Shown: positions 1-7,568 of the stretch, in pieces
How the letters are laid out: each line of letters opens with the position of its first letter
How positions within the stretch are numbered: position 1 is the first letter of the stretch
Sequence record: OR234014.1
Direction: 5' to 3' (one strand)
From: Staphylococcus phage SAC
DNA length: 64,000 bases
Notes under the pieces: model-generated
Databases searched by the model: none
Seen by the model: the letters and a program-made list of their open reading frames with translations, nothing else
What the model was told of the DNA's origin: nothing
Program-made: the position numbers and the translations under genes

Positions 1-264
1 ATATATGAGGGTGATATTATTGAGTTCGAAGATGAAGTGTTAGCAATACCAGGTGATTTTGAATCTGCAGTAGAAACAATTAACAGAGCAGTGATATCTA
101 TTGATGTTGTAAGTGGCATTCACTTAAAAGACTTTATGTTTGAGAGCGCAATCTCTGAAAATGATTACTTTGAGTATACAGACAAAAAATCTTTCCTTAT
201 GTACGACTGTGAGGTTAAAGGCAACGTATTTGAATCATCTCATTTATTGGAGGTAATAGAATGA
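1..264 (+). CDS. hypothetical protein, 5' partial (reading frame open to window edge)
   Basis: Frame 1 has no stop from nt 1. 'IYEGDII' resembles the YopX core motif of the next gene. Its stop overlaps the next start (ATGA). Confidence 0.4.
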   Translation: MYEGDIIEFEDEVLAIPGDFESAVETINRAVISIDVVSGIHLKDFMFESAISENDYFEYTDKKSFLMYDCEVKGNVFESSHLLEVIE

Positions 265-614
265 TACCGAAATTTAGAGCATGGGATAAAGAATCACAAA
301 GAATGTTTAATATTGCTAGATTTGACTTTGCAGACCATACAGTATATTCACACCTATTTGCTTGTGATGGTTACTTAGGAGAAAACCTTGTAATTATGCA
401 ATCTACAGGACTTGAAGATAAGAATGGTACTGAAATATTTGAAGGTGATATACTTAGATATTGGGGGGATTGTAGACCTGTAATATTTAAAGAAGCTTCT
501 TTTGGATGGGTTGAAGGGGGAGATTACATACCATTCTCTATGATGTGCATTTCAGAGATTGGTAATACTGAAGTTGTAGGAAATATCTATGAAAAAAGGA
601 GTAAAAAAGAATGA
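261..614 (+). CDS. YopX-family phage protein
   Basis: N-terminal 'MIPKFRAWDKESQRM' and 'MQSTGLEDKNGTEIFEGDIL' match the conserved YopX signature (FRAWDK...M; TGLKDKNGKEIYEGDI). Confidence 0.6.
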   Translation: MIPKFRAWDKESQRMFNIARFDFADHTVYSHLFACDGYLGENLVIMQSTGLEDKNGTEIFEGDILRYWGDCRPVIFKEASFGWVEGGDYIPFSMMCISEIGNTEVVGNIYEKRSKKE

Positions 615-850
615 AATATTACCAAGTAGAGCATGATAATTGTGAGCTATACGAAGACAGCTACTCTTATAGAGAAGATAAAATATATACTAGTAAAGAA
701 CAGCTTGTTAAAGACATTAAATCTGAAGGATACAAAGAATTACAAGGCATGTCTAGAAATCATGATGGTATTGCTTACCTTAAACATATAGATGATTTTA
801 GAGATGACATGATTACAATACATGAAATAGAAATCGTGGACAATAAATAA
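611..850 (+). CDS. hypothetical protein
   Basis: 79-aa ORF, translationally coupled (ATGA overlap) to the YopX gene. Confidence 0.45.
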   Translation: MKYYQVEHDNCELYEDSYSYREDKIYTSKEQLVKDIKSEGYKELQGMSRNHDGIAYLKHIDDFRDDMITIHEIEIVDNK

Positions 851-864
851 GGAGGTATTAAAAA

Positions 865-1431
865 ATGTATACAAATGAATTTATTAAGAAGGTAAATAAT
901 TTAGGATATGAAACCAGCCTCGCAAATAAAAATACTACCAAGAGAAAAGAAAAAATACTTATTAAAAAAGAAAACCAACAACCTATTGCTTGGGTATTTC
1001 TAAATGAACCATATTCTTTTCGAAGCTTAGGCACAGATAGTGAGTTATTTGATTTAATGGTAGAATATGCAAAAACACCTGTAAAAGAACGTAGTATAAG
1101 CAATATAGCAAAAGTAAAACCTTTAGACTTAGATACCCTTACAGATGACTATGCTAAAGTAAGAGAGTTTATGCTAAAAGTCTTAATAGACATGGAAGAC
1201 GTAGTAGAGTATATTCAGTACACAGGATATAATAAGAATATCATTAATCAATGGACAGATGGTCAGACATTTAGAGCGATAGACAAACAAGGATACAATA
1301 GCCTGTTTATTAATGCAACTTCAGGTATTGAAAAAGTTTTACATGGTAACTATATTATAAAAGATAAAAAGAAAGGTTTCGAACAAGTAGATAGAGAATT
1401 ATTTGAATATAGATATGATATGTCACATTAA
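865..1431 (+). CDS. hypothetical protein
   Basis: 188-aa ORF preceded by a strong RBS AAGGAGGT 7 nt upstream. Confidence 0.5.
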   Translation: MYTNEFIKKVNNLGYETSLANKNTTKRKEKILIKKENQQPIAWVFLNEPYSFRSLGTDSELFDLMVEYAKTPVKERSISNIAKVKPLDLDTLTDDYAKVREFMLKVLIDMEDVVEYIQYTGYNKNIINQWTDGQTFRAIDKQGYNSLFINATSGIEKVLHGNYIIKDKKKGFEQVDRELFEYRYDMSH

Positions 1432-1578
1432 ATACCTATTAATTTAGGTGTTTTTTATATTGTAAGAAATAGAGTAACACTACTACTATAATAGTAAAGG
1501 CAGTAGAGATAGACAGGACAATAATAACAGTAAAAGAAATCTTACCATGTTTACTTTAATAACAATAATAAAACTATG

Positions 1579-1608
1579 TTGACTTTTTATTATTATATAC
1601 TTTATAAT
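1579..1608 (+). promoter_or_regulatory. sigma-A-type promoter P1 (TTGACT-17/18-TATAAT)
   Basis: TTGACT at 1579-1584 and TTATAAT at 1602-1608. Confidence 0.5.
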
Positions 1609-1647
1609 GTTGACTTTTAATAATAAGTTATATAATATTACTCACTA
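1607..1647 (+). repeat. 41-nt direct repeat copy 1, containing promoter P2 (TTGACT...TATAAT)
   Basis: 'atgttgacttttaataataagttatataatattactcacta' recurs identically at 1872-1912. Confidence 0.7.
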
Positions 1648-1843
1648 CTAATAGTACATAGTATAACTAGTTATTAAAATGGTATACTAAAGAATACCAT
1701 AGAAAACTATATATAAGGAAAGGCTCCTATATACTAAACTACTTATATGCTGTAATATACTAATACTCTAATTAAGTGTAAGGGAAGAGGGGGATATATT
1801 ACTAACTTTATTGTAAAATGAATACAATTAGTTATTAGTAATG

Positions 1844-1872
1844 TTGACATAGTTTAATAAAGTAATGGTTAA
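1844..1872 (+). promoter_or_regulatory. weak promoter-like P3 (TTGACA-17-GGTTAAT)
   Basis: Consensus -35 TTGACA at 1844-1849; the -10 is poor. Confidence 0.25.
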
Positions 1873-1912
1873 TGTTGACTTTTAATAATAAGTTATATAA
1901 TATTACTCACTA
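1872..1912 (+). repeat. 41-nt direct repeat copy 2, containing promoter P4 (TTGACT 1875-1880, TATAAT 1896-1901)
   Basis: Identical to 1607-1647. It faces the GC-rich element and the terminator at 2032-2066. Confidence 0.7.
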
Positions 1913-1916
1913 ATTA

Positions 1917-1990
1917 GGTTCCTTAGGTAGCCCCATAGCCCTGTCAGACCCACCCACTTTAGTGGCATTTTACCCCTGCCCCCGTATAAT
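1917..1990. other. GC-rich island (about 60% GC) in AT-rich DNA; possible core of a small RNA or protein-binding site
   Basis: 'ggttccttaggtagccccatagccctgtcagacccacccactttagtggcattttacccctgcccccg'. Contains the palindrome ccactttagtgg and the direct repeat tagcccca/tagccc. Confidence 0.3.
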
Positions 1991-2031
1991 ATATTTATAT
2001 TAACCTATTGTATACAATCCTAATAAATAAT

Positions 2032-2066
2032 AAAAAAAAAGAAAGGGAGTTTATTCCCTTTCAATT
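2032..2066. terminator. bidirectional rho-independent terminator
   Basis: A9 run, stem GAAAGGGA / TCCCTTTC with loop gtttatt, then a T-rich tail. U-tracts are present for transcripts of both strands. It overlaps the stop of the 2071..2415 gene. Confidence 0.7.
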
Positions 2067-2070
2067 TGTT

Positions 2071-2415
2071 TTACATCATTTCTATAGCTTCTGATTTAAT
2101 TTGTTCATAGTCTTTAATGTGTTTATTAAACTCTTCAACACGCATATGTTCCAATATATAATCTGCTAACTCAAACACTTTATTATCAACTAGTCTTATT
2201 GTTGTATCGTCTGTAAAGTCTAGGTTAGACGGTATATATTCTAATGGTGTTATGTCTTTATTCTCTTTTAATTGGTTTACAATATGAATGTATTTGCATA
2301 GTAAATCGTGTTCAACAACATCTACCTCTATTGTTTCATAGATAGCTGTTAATAATAAGTCAAATTCAATTCCTTCAAGTTCTGCTGTTTGTTCCATTTG
2401 GTTAAGTAATTTCAT
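2071..2415 (-). CDS. hypothetical early protein (paralogue of 2758..3108)
   Basis: 114 aa. Shares the pattern L..AI.E...V.E.D.L.KY.H...QL...PSN.D...HM..E.F with 2758..3108. Own promoter upstream. Confidence 0.6.
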   Translation of the reverse strand: MKLLNQMEQTAELEGIEFDLLLTAIYETIEVDVVEHDLLCKYIHIVNQLKENKDITPLEYIPSNLDFTDDTTIRLVDNKVFELADYILEHMRVEEFNKHIKDYEQIKSEAIEMM

Positions 2416-2458
2416 AGTTTATCAATCCCTTTTCTTTTATTTGTATTTCCTTAATTAC

Positions 2459-2486
2459 ATTATATCAAATATACAGTTAATTGCAA
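2459..2486 (-). promoter_or_regulatory. promoter TTGCAA-16-TATAAT
   Basis: Minus-strand TTGCAA (2481-2486) and TATAAT (2459-2464), upstream of the 2415 start. Confidence 0.5.
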
Positions 2487-2519
2487 TAGTTTTAGTTAAT
2501 TATTTTGGGAAGTTTTACA

Positions 2520-2780
2520 CTAATGATTATTCAGTAATTCTTTTATTACGTCTGGTGCTAGTGTTGTTATGTCATAGTCTTGTCTTAACTCATCTAAACT
2601 ATTGTACTGTTTAATCGTTCCGCTGTCTTTGTCACTGCCTTTAATTGTTTGTTTGCTTACTGTTTCGTTAATAGCTTCATCAATATCAGTGAAGCTATTA
2701 ACGTTGTCCATTATATCTATAAGTTCTTTATCAGATAAGTTCATGTGTAATGTCTCCTTAGAATAGCATTTGTTCTGCAT
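2520..2780 (-). CDS. hypothetical early protein
   Basis: 86-aa ORF co-oriented in the early gene array. Confidence 0.5.
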   Translation of the reverse strand: MQNKCYSKETLHMNLSDKELIDIMDNVNSFTDIDEAINETVSKQTIKGSDKDSGTIKQYNSLDELRQDYDITTLAPDVIKELLNNH

Positions 2781-3108
2781 TAAATTCTAGTGTTTCAATA
2801 TCCATAATCATTTGTTCAAATTGTTCTTTGTTCATGTGGTTTAAGATAACGTTAGTAAAGTGTTCTGCTTTGTCTTGTGCTAATATAGCTCCCTCGTAAG
2901 TGCTATAATCAATGTTAGATGGTTTACGTTCTGCTTGTGTTAATGCTTCCTTGTTTAATAACTGTTGTTCTAAGTGGTTGTATTTATCTAATGCATCATA
3001 TTCAACAAGCTCTGTCATAACCGCTTCCTCAATTGCTAAAACTAATAATCTTTCAAGTTTAGTGTTTCCGTTTGCCATTTCTTTTACTGTGTTTTTCATT
3101 ATAATCAA
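2758..3108 (-). CDS. hypothetical early protein (paralogue of 2071..2415)
   Basis: 116 aa. Conserved early promoter immediately upstream. Confidence 0.6.
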   Translation of the reverse strand: MIIMKNTVKEMANGNTKLERLLVLAIEEAVMTELVEYDALDKYNHLEQQLLNKEALTQAERKPSNIDYSTYEGAILAQDKAEHFTNVILNHMNKEQFEQMIMDIETLEFNAEQMLF

Positions 3109-3149
3109 TTCCTTTTCTGTTTGTTTTTTATTTGTTGTGTTCCTTACAT

Positions 3150-3184
3150 CTATTATATTACACTATCTTAGGTGTAGTGTCAAC
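3150..3184 (-). promoter_or_regulatory. early promoter unit (TTGACA-17-TGTAATATAAT plus upstream A/T tract)
   Basis: Minus-strand 'aaaaagtgTTGACActacacctaagatagTGTAATATAATag'. Near-identical copies at 3608, 4544, 5010 and 5399. Confidence 0.7.
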
Positions 3185-3190
3185 ACTTTT

Positions 3191-3292
3191 TTAAAACTTT
3201 TTTAAGTTTTTTTTAGTGTTCTCTATAGTTACAATAGCATCCGTCTTTTGTGTTGAACGGTATTTCTTACCTTTGTATTTAAACTTAATCAT
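3191..3292 (-). CDS. small ORF (33 aa), truncated member of the 'MIK(F/V)KYKGKKYRSTQ' family
   Basis: MIKFKYKGKKYRSTQKTDAIVTIENTKKNLKKF. RBS AAGGGG. The 48-aa paralogue is at 4157..4303. The ORF runs into the downstream promoter's A/T tract. Confidence 0.3.
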   Translation of the reverse strand: MIKFKYKGKKYRSTQKTDAIVTIENTKKNLKKF

Positions 3293-3307
3293 GTTAATAA
3301 TCCCCTT

Positions 3308-3583
3308 TTATTTTGTTTGTACATTGCAATATAGTTTATATTCCAAGTAATCTTCTTTTTTGATGTATTCATTGAAATCCCCTATAACATTTGTTAGGTT
3401 TATCCATGAGTTTGTTGCCTTACTAAAACCTCTTAGTGTTATTAATCCAGTAGGCAATTTGAATTGTTCTCTTTTTAATCCTAATTCTTTTCCTATGCTG
3501 TCTTTGATGTATTTAACATCTTTTTTAATTTCTGTTATTGTTGTTTTTGGTTTAGTTTCTATTTTAATATTCATGTGTATCAA
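3308..3583 (-). CDS. hypothetical early protein
   Basis: 91-aa ORF with the conserved early promoter upstream. Confidence 0.55.
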   Translation of the reverse strand: MIHMNIKIETKPKTTITEIKKDVKYIKDSIGKELGLKREQFKLPTGLITLRGFSKATNSWINLTNVIGDFNEYIKKEDYLEYKLYCNVQTK

Positions 3584-3607
3584 TCCTTTTCTGTTTGTTT
3601 ACTACAT

Positions 3608-3641
3608 CTATTATATTACACTATCTTAATGATAGTGTCAA
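3608..3641 (-). promoter_or_regulatory. early promoter unit
   Basis: Minus-strand 'gtgTTGACActatcattaagatagTGTAATATAATagatgtagtaaacaaacagaaaagg'. Confidence 0.7.
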
Positions 3642-3700
3642 CACTTTTTTAAAACTTTTTTAAGTTTTTTTATTTGTTTGCTGTTCTTTGTTGTGTTCCT

Positions 3701-3991
3701 TTATAGTCTTCCTGCATTAATAAATAACTCTAACTGTTTGTTTAACTCATCCATAATAAAGCTATCAAGTTCATGAGCAGTAATATTATATTTCTTGTTT
3801 CCTGATGTCATTGAAACTACATTGTACACGTTATCGAATTTGTTAAAGTAAATACCATATTGTAACAAACCCCAATCATTAACATAAATATCAGTAACAT
3901 CTAAGTTATTATGTTTGCTTGAAGCTTCGTTCTGTGTTCTAATAACTGTATAATCTTGGTTTAATTCTTCTAAAGTTTTATAGTTTTTCAT
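3701..3991 (-). CDS. hypothetical early protein
   Basis: 96-aa ORF. RBS AGAGGGA. Confidence 0.55.
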   Translation of the reverse strand: MKNYKTLEELNQDYTVIRTQNEASSKHNNLDVTDIYVNDWGLLQYGIYFNKFDNVYNVVSMTSGNKKYNITAHELDSFIMDELNKQLELFINAGRL

Positions 3992-4043
3992 AAGTAATCA
4001 ATCCCTCTTCTTTTTTTGTTTGTTGTGTTCCTTACTACAATTA

Positions 4044-4075
4044 ATATATTACAGTATAAGCTCGTATTTGTAAAG
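4044..4075 (-). promoter_or_regulatory. early promoter variant (TTTACA-17-TGTAATATATT)
   Basis: Minus-strand 'TTTACAaatacgagcttatactgTAATATAtt'. Confidence 0.5.
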
Positions 4076-4142
4076 TATTATATCAAAGAAATAAGGGAAG
4101 TTTTACACTAATGTGAAGCGGTTATATAGGCATAAAAAAATA

Positions 4143-4165
4143 AGGGTGGTTAGCCCTTATCTAAT
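4143..4165 (-). terminator. rho-independent terminator
   Basis: Stem ataaggg / cccttat with loop tggttag. Followed by a T7 run on the minus strand (plus-strand A-run at 4134-4140). Confidence 0.6.
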
Positions 4166-4303
4166 AAATATATTAATATTCTCTTGTAATCTAATAAACC
4201 AGTCTATCAATGTGATTACTGCTGTACCACCTAGAATAGTTACAATAGCATCTGTATTTTGTGTTGAGCGGTATTTCTTGCCTTTATATTTAACTTTAAT
4301 CAT
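4157..4303 (-). CDS. small protein (48 aa), 'MIKVKYKGKKYRSTQ' family, C-terminal hydrophobic segment
   Basis: MIKVKYKGKKYRSTQNTDAIVTILGGTAVITLIDWFIRLQENINIFIR. RBS AAGGGA. Its stop lies inside the terminator stem. Confidence 0.45.
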   Translation of the reverse strand: MIKVKYKGKKYRSTQNTDAIVTILGGTAVITLIDWFIRLQENINIFIR

Positions 4304-4355
4304 TGTGTATCAATCCCTTATTTTTATTTTTTAAGCCTATGTAATAGGCTTTTGG

Positions 4356-4502
4356 CTATGACCAATTTATATCTTGTCTTTCTTTCTCTAGTTTTACCAG
4401 TTGTCTACGTAAAAAACGTGCTAACTCTCTGCTATTCCTACCATATATTAAGGCTTGCTGTACCTCGTCAATTTCTCTTAAAACTATTCTTATATCTCTC
4501 AT
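4356..4502 (-). CDS. small basic helical protein (48 aa)
   Basis: MRDIRIVLREIDEVQQALIYGRNSRELARFLRRQLVKLEKERQDINWS. Sits directly downstream of an early promoter. Confidence 0.4.
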   Translation of the reverse strand: MRDIRIVLREIDEVQQALIYGRNSRELARFLRRQLVKLEKERQDINWS

Positions 4503-4543
4503 TTTAATACCCGCCTTTTTTGATTTGTTTTTGTATTACATCT

Positions 4544-4575
4544 ATTATATTACAGTATCTTAAATGTAATGTCAA
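4544..4575 (-). promoter_or_regulatory. early promoter unit
   Basis: Minus-strand 'TTGACAttacatttaagatactgTAATATAATagatgtaatac'. Confidence 0.7.
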
Positions 4576-4583
4576 ACATTATT

Positions 4584-4817
4584 TTAACCTTTTTTAACAA
4601 GTTTTGTTTTTCCATTTTCAAGTGTTAGTTTCACGCATTTGTCTGTTGTTGTAATTTCTTTTACATTGCTATTGTAAAGAGCATGACAAGCTTTATTAAT
4701 ATGATAGTATAAATCATCACATTCTTCCATATCTGACCACAGTCTATAATCATTTGATATAGAACCTTGTGCTTTAATTCTGTTATAAGTTCCTTTAATG
4801 TAATATAAATATTTCAT
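4584..4817 (-). CDS. hypothetical early protein
   Basis: 77 aa. RBS GGAGG lies in the 3' end of the upstream small ORF. Confidence 0.55.
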   Translation of the reverse strand: MKYLYYIKGTYNRIKAQGSISNDYRLWSDMEECDDLYYHINKACHALYNSNVKEITTTDKCVKLTLENGKTKLVKKG

Positions 4818-4818
4818 A

Positions 4819-4974
4819 TTATTTAACCTCCGTATAGTGTATTACAAGGCTATAACCTTGCTTTGTTGGTTCGTGGTATGCTCGTGTGATAATTACGTTG
4901 TTTTCTCTCTCGAATTGTTCCATTTCATAGCCGTAGTTCTTATATGGTTTACTGTTAGTAATTAGTGTTTTCAT
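4819..4974 (-). CDS. small ORF (51 aa)
   Basis: MKTLITNSKPYKNYGYEMEQFERENNVIITRAYHEPTKQGYSLVIHYTEVK. Stop TAA is 1 nt before the next ATG. Confidence 0.4.
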   Translation of the reverse strand: MKTLITNSKPYKNYGYEMEQFERENNVIITRAYHEPTKQGYSLVIHYTEVK

Positions 4975-5009
4975 AATTAATCAATTCCTTTTCTGTTTGT
5001 TTACTACAT

Positions 5010-5044
5010 CTATTATATTACACTATCTTAATGATAGTGTCAAC
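5010..5044 (-). promoter_or_regulatory. early promoter unit
   Basis: Near-identical to the 3608-3641 copy. Confidence 0.7.
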
Positions 5045-5046
5045 TA

Positions 5047-5361
5047 TTATTTTAACTTTTTTTCTTTAATAATTTCTGCATTCTCATTCACTAGGTATAA
5101 CGTATTATCTAGCTCTATAAATAAGTGTTTGTTCACTACCTTAACATTAATGTTAATTGGTAATCTATTTGAATGTGATACGCTAAAGACTTTCGTTTCT
5201 TTAAATAGTTCTAATGTTTCATAACTACCATCAATGTAAGCTAAATATTTAACTTGATAATGTGTTGAGTATTTTAAGTCATTTCTATAGTAGTTATTGC
5301 TTTTGTAACCGTCCATGTCTAAAAGTTCTATTAGTATATCTCCAATTTGATTTACGTTCAT
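5047..5361 (-). CDS. hypothetical early protein
   Basis: 104-aa ORF. Confidence 0.55.
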   Translation of the reverse strand: MNVNQIGDILIELLDMDGYKSNNYYRNDLKYSTHYQVKYLAYIDGSYETLELFKETKVFSVSHSNRLPININVKVVNKHLFIELDNTLYLVNENAEIIKEKKLK

Positions 5362-5398
5362 ATCTTATCAATTCCTTTCGGTTTGTTTACTACGCTTA

Positions 5399-5429
5399 TT
5401 ATATTACAGTATCTTGTATTTAATGTCAA
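5399..5429 (-). promoter_or_regulatory. early promoter unit
   Basis: Minus-strand 'TTGACAttaaatacaagatactgTAATATAATaagcgtagtaaacaaaccgaaagg'. Confidence 0.65.
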
Positions 5430-5685
5430 TAGGTTATACGAAAGTTTTTCAAAAGAAATGATTTCTTACTATTATATAGAAGAAACTAGAAATTACAGCT
5501 TAAATTAATTATTATAATCAATCGATTTAATTGTATACAATGCAGTGTAAAAATAACCATTTAATTTGATTAAAGGTATTGCATTTATATGTCAGTCTAT
5601 TAAAAGAAATAATGATATAGAAACAATAAAAAAGTTAGAAAAAGAATTACAAGAATTATATAAAAGAATTATATAAAAGAGTTAT

Positions 5686-5715
5686 AGATTAGGCTATTAA
5701 CCTAATCTTTTTTTA
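5686..5715 (+). terminator. plus-strand rho-independent terminator
   Basis: Perfect 8-bp stem agattagg / cctaatct, loop ctattaa, followed by T7 on the plus strand only. Confidence 0.6.
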
Positions 5716-5943
5716 TGTTGTTTGAAGCGGTTAATATAAAGGGAAAACAGCGCCTGCTACTTAGGAAAATCATAGATTTATACTTATGATGTTTATAACA
5801 GTAAGAGAGCATTAAGCTTATAGGTCTATATTCAACGGTAATACTTTTTAGGTAGTATTTATCCTATAATATTTACTTGCTTATATAAGGTAGTTAAATA
5901 GGCAATACAAGCATATGAAAAAGCTAGAGTAAAGCAACCCTAG

Positions 5944-6351
5944 CTACTTAATTTGATTCAAAATATCCTTAACAGCTTCTAATGTTAAATCTGATAACTT
6001 AATATTCTTATCACTATTAGTATCAATAATTACAGTATAGTTATCTACATCATACTGTATAACTTTAAGTACTGAATAAGTAACTAACTCGTATTCTGTA
6101 TGTGTGTGATATTCTATCATTGCGTACCCTATACCTAATTCAGTTAAGATAGGTTCTAATGTTTTTCTTCTCTCCATAAAATCTTTAATAGTATATTGCA
6201 TACCGTCTTTACTTAAAAATGCAGGCTCGTCATTGTAAATATAAAATAAATTCTCAATAAGTTCTAGTAAATCTTCTTCTGTTCCCTCACAAAGACTTAC
6301 TGTATAAAGTAATTCATCGTATAATTTATCCTTTGCTTCTTGAATATTCAT
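5944..6351 (-). CDS. hypothetical protein
   Basis: 135-aa ORF. RBS AGGAGG. Confidence 0.55.
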   Translation of the reverse strand: MNIQEAKDKLYDELLYTVSLCEGTEEDLLELIENLFYIYNDEPAFLSKDGMQYTIKDFMERRKTLEPILTELGIGYAMIEYHTHTEYELVTYSVLKVIQYDVDNYTVIIDTNSDKNIKLSDLTLEAVKDILNQIK

Positions 6352-6964
6352 TGATATTCCTCCTTTATCCTATCCTAAGTGTATCATAAGTTTTAGGTAA
6401 TGTAAAGTATTTTATTTTAACCAGTATCTAACTTATCCGCTTCATTAATCCAACCTTAATTTAATCCCTGATACTTATCTTTTATCATACATACCTGTAA
6501 TAATTACTTGTCTGCAGAAAAGGTCTAAAGCTTTCATATTCAATATATTGTAGTAACAAAACATACTTAGCAACTTGTAACATAACTGTAATATTATTAT
6601 AATGCTGTTGTAACTAAATTCTCATCTAATTCTCATAAACATATGTTATAATCTAAACAACAATTAATTAGTTGTTAGTATTTTAATACGAATAACTTAT
6701 TACAGGCGTTACCTTGTTGTAGCGTAGCGTAAAACAACAAGGTATACGCTGTTTTGTTCTTATCTTTTTAAAAAGATAAGTCGTACGGTTAGTACGAAAT
6801 ACAAATATATAAATAAGTAATAACAAATATTTATACATAACTAACAGATAAATATACAAATTATTAGATTAACTATGTTGAAACGGGCATACTATGCTCA
6901 AATTGATATACAATTATTAGCCAAGATTAAATACAACATAATTACTCAGAATATAAATATAATA

Positions 6965-6993
6965 TAAAAAAGAAGCGGTTTAATACCGCTTCT
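6965..6993 (-). terminator. rho-independent terminator
   Basis: Stem agaagcggt / accgcttct with loop ttaat. T-run follows on the minus strand. Confidence 0.55.
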
Positions 6994-7160
6994 ACTTCTT
7001 CAATATGATATTATAAATACTGTTTATCTTCTTTAACTAACCTTAATAAAGCATACTCATTCTCAATGACACTATAACCCTATAAGATATCTTGTAATAT
7101 TAATCTAGTCCCTACAGGTGTTAGTGTACATACTGATGTTCATTAAAGTCAGCCTCTCTA

Positions 7161-7442
7161 TTATTTACCAAATCTTTCTTTAGCAATCTTTTTCATTTGC
7201 TCTTTGCGCTCATTACTTACCGGTTTTCTTAATGTAATTAAATCCTCATCTAATACAACTTTAACCAATACTGGTGTTTCATTTTCTAATTGTTCTAATA
7301 CTTCCACCTTATCAGGGTACTTTTTCATAATATCAGTAATATAAGGTTTTCTACTTGCATAAATAATCCATTGCCCTTGATTATAATTCATACTTACTTC
7401 TTGTTCTTCAAAACTATATCCTCTACTTACAACTTTAGTCAT
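7161..7442 (-). CDS. hypothetical protein
   Basis: 93-aa ORF. RBS AAGGAGGG. Confidence 0.5.
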   Translation of the reverse strand: MTKVVSRGYSFEEQEVSMNYNQGQWIIYASRKPYITDIMKKYPDKVEVLEQLENETPVLVKVVLDEDLITLRKPVSNERKEQMKKIAKERFGK

Positions 7443-7568
7443 TCTAATACCCTCCTTTATATTTAAGACCCTTAAGCTAGGGACGTTATAGTTCTATATT
7501 AAACGATAATCATTTTCTAGTAGTATTTATCCTATAAAATAACTTAATCTTTAAGAGCCTAATAACCT

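Noticed and set aside
1917-1990. GC-rich island considered as a tRNA gene.
   Set aside because: No acceptor or T-arm pairing can be built and there is no GTTCRA T-loop.
2400-5450. Regularly spaced repeated about 60-nt units considered as a CRISPR array.
   Set aside because: The repeats are promoters (TTGACA / extended -10). They are spaced by protein-coding genes of variable length, not by short spacers. No cas genes are present.
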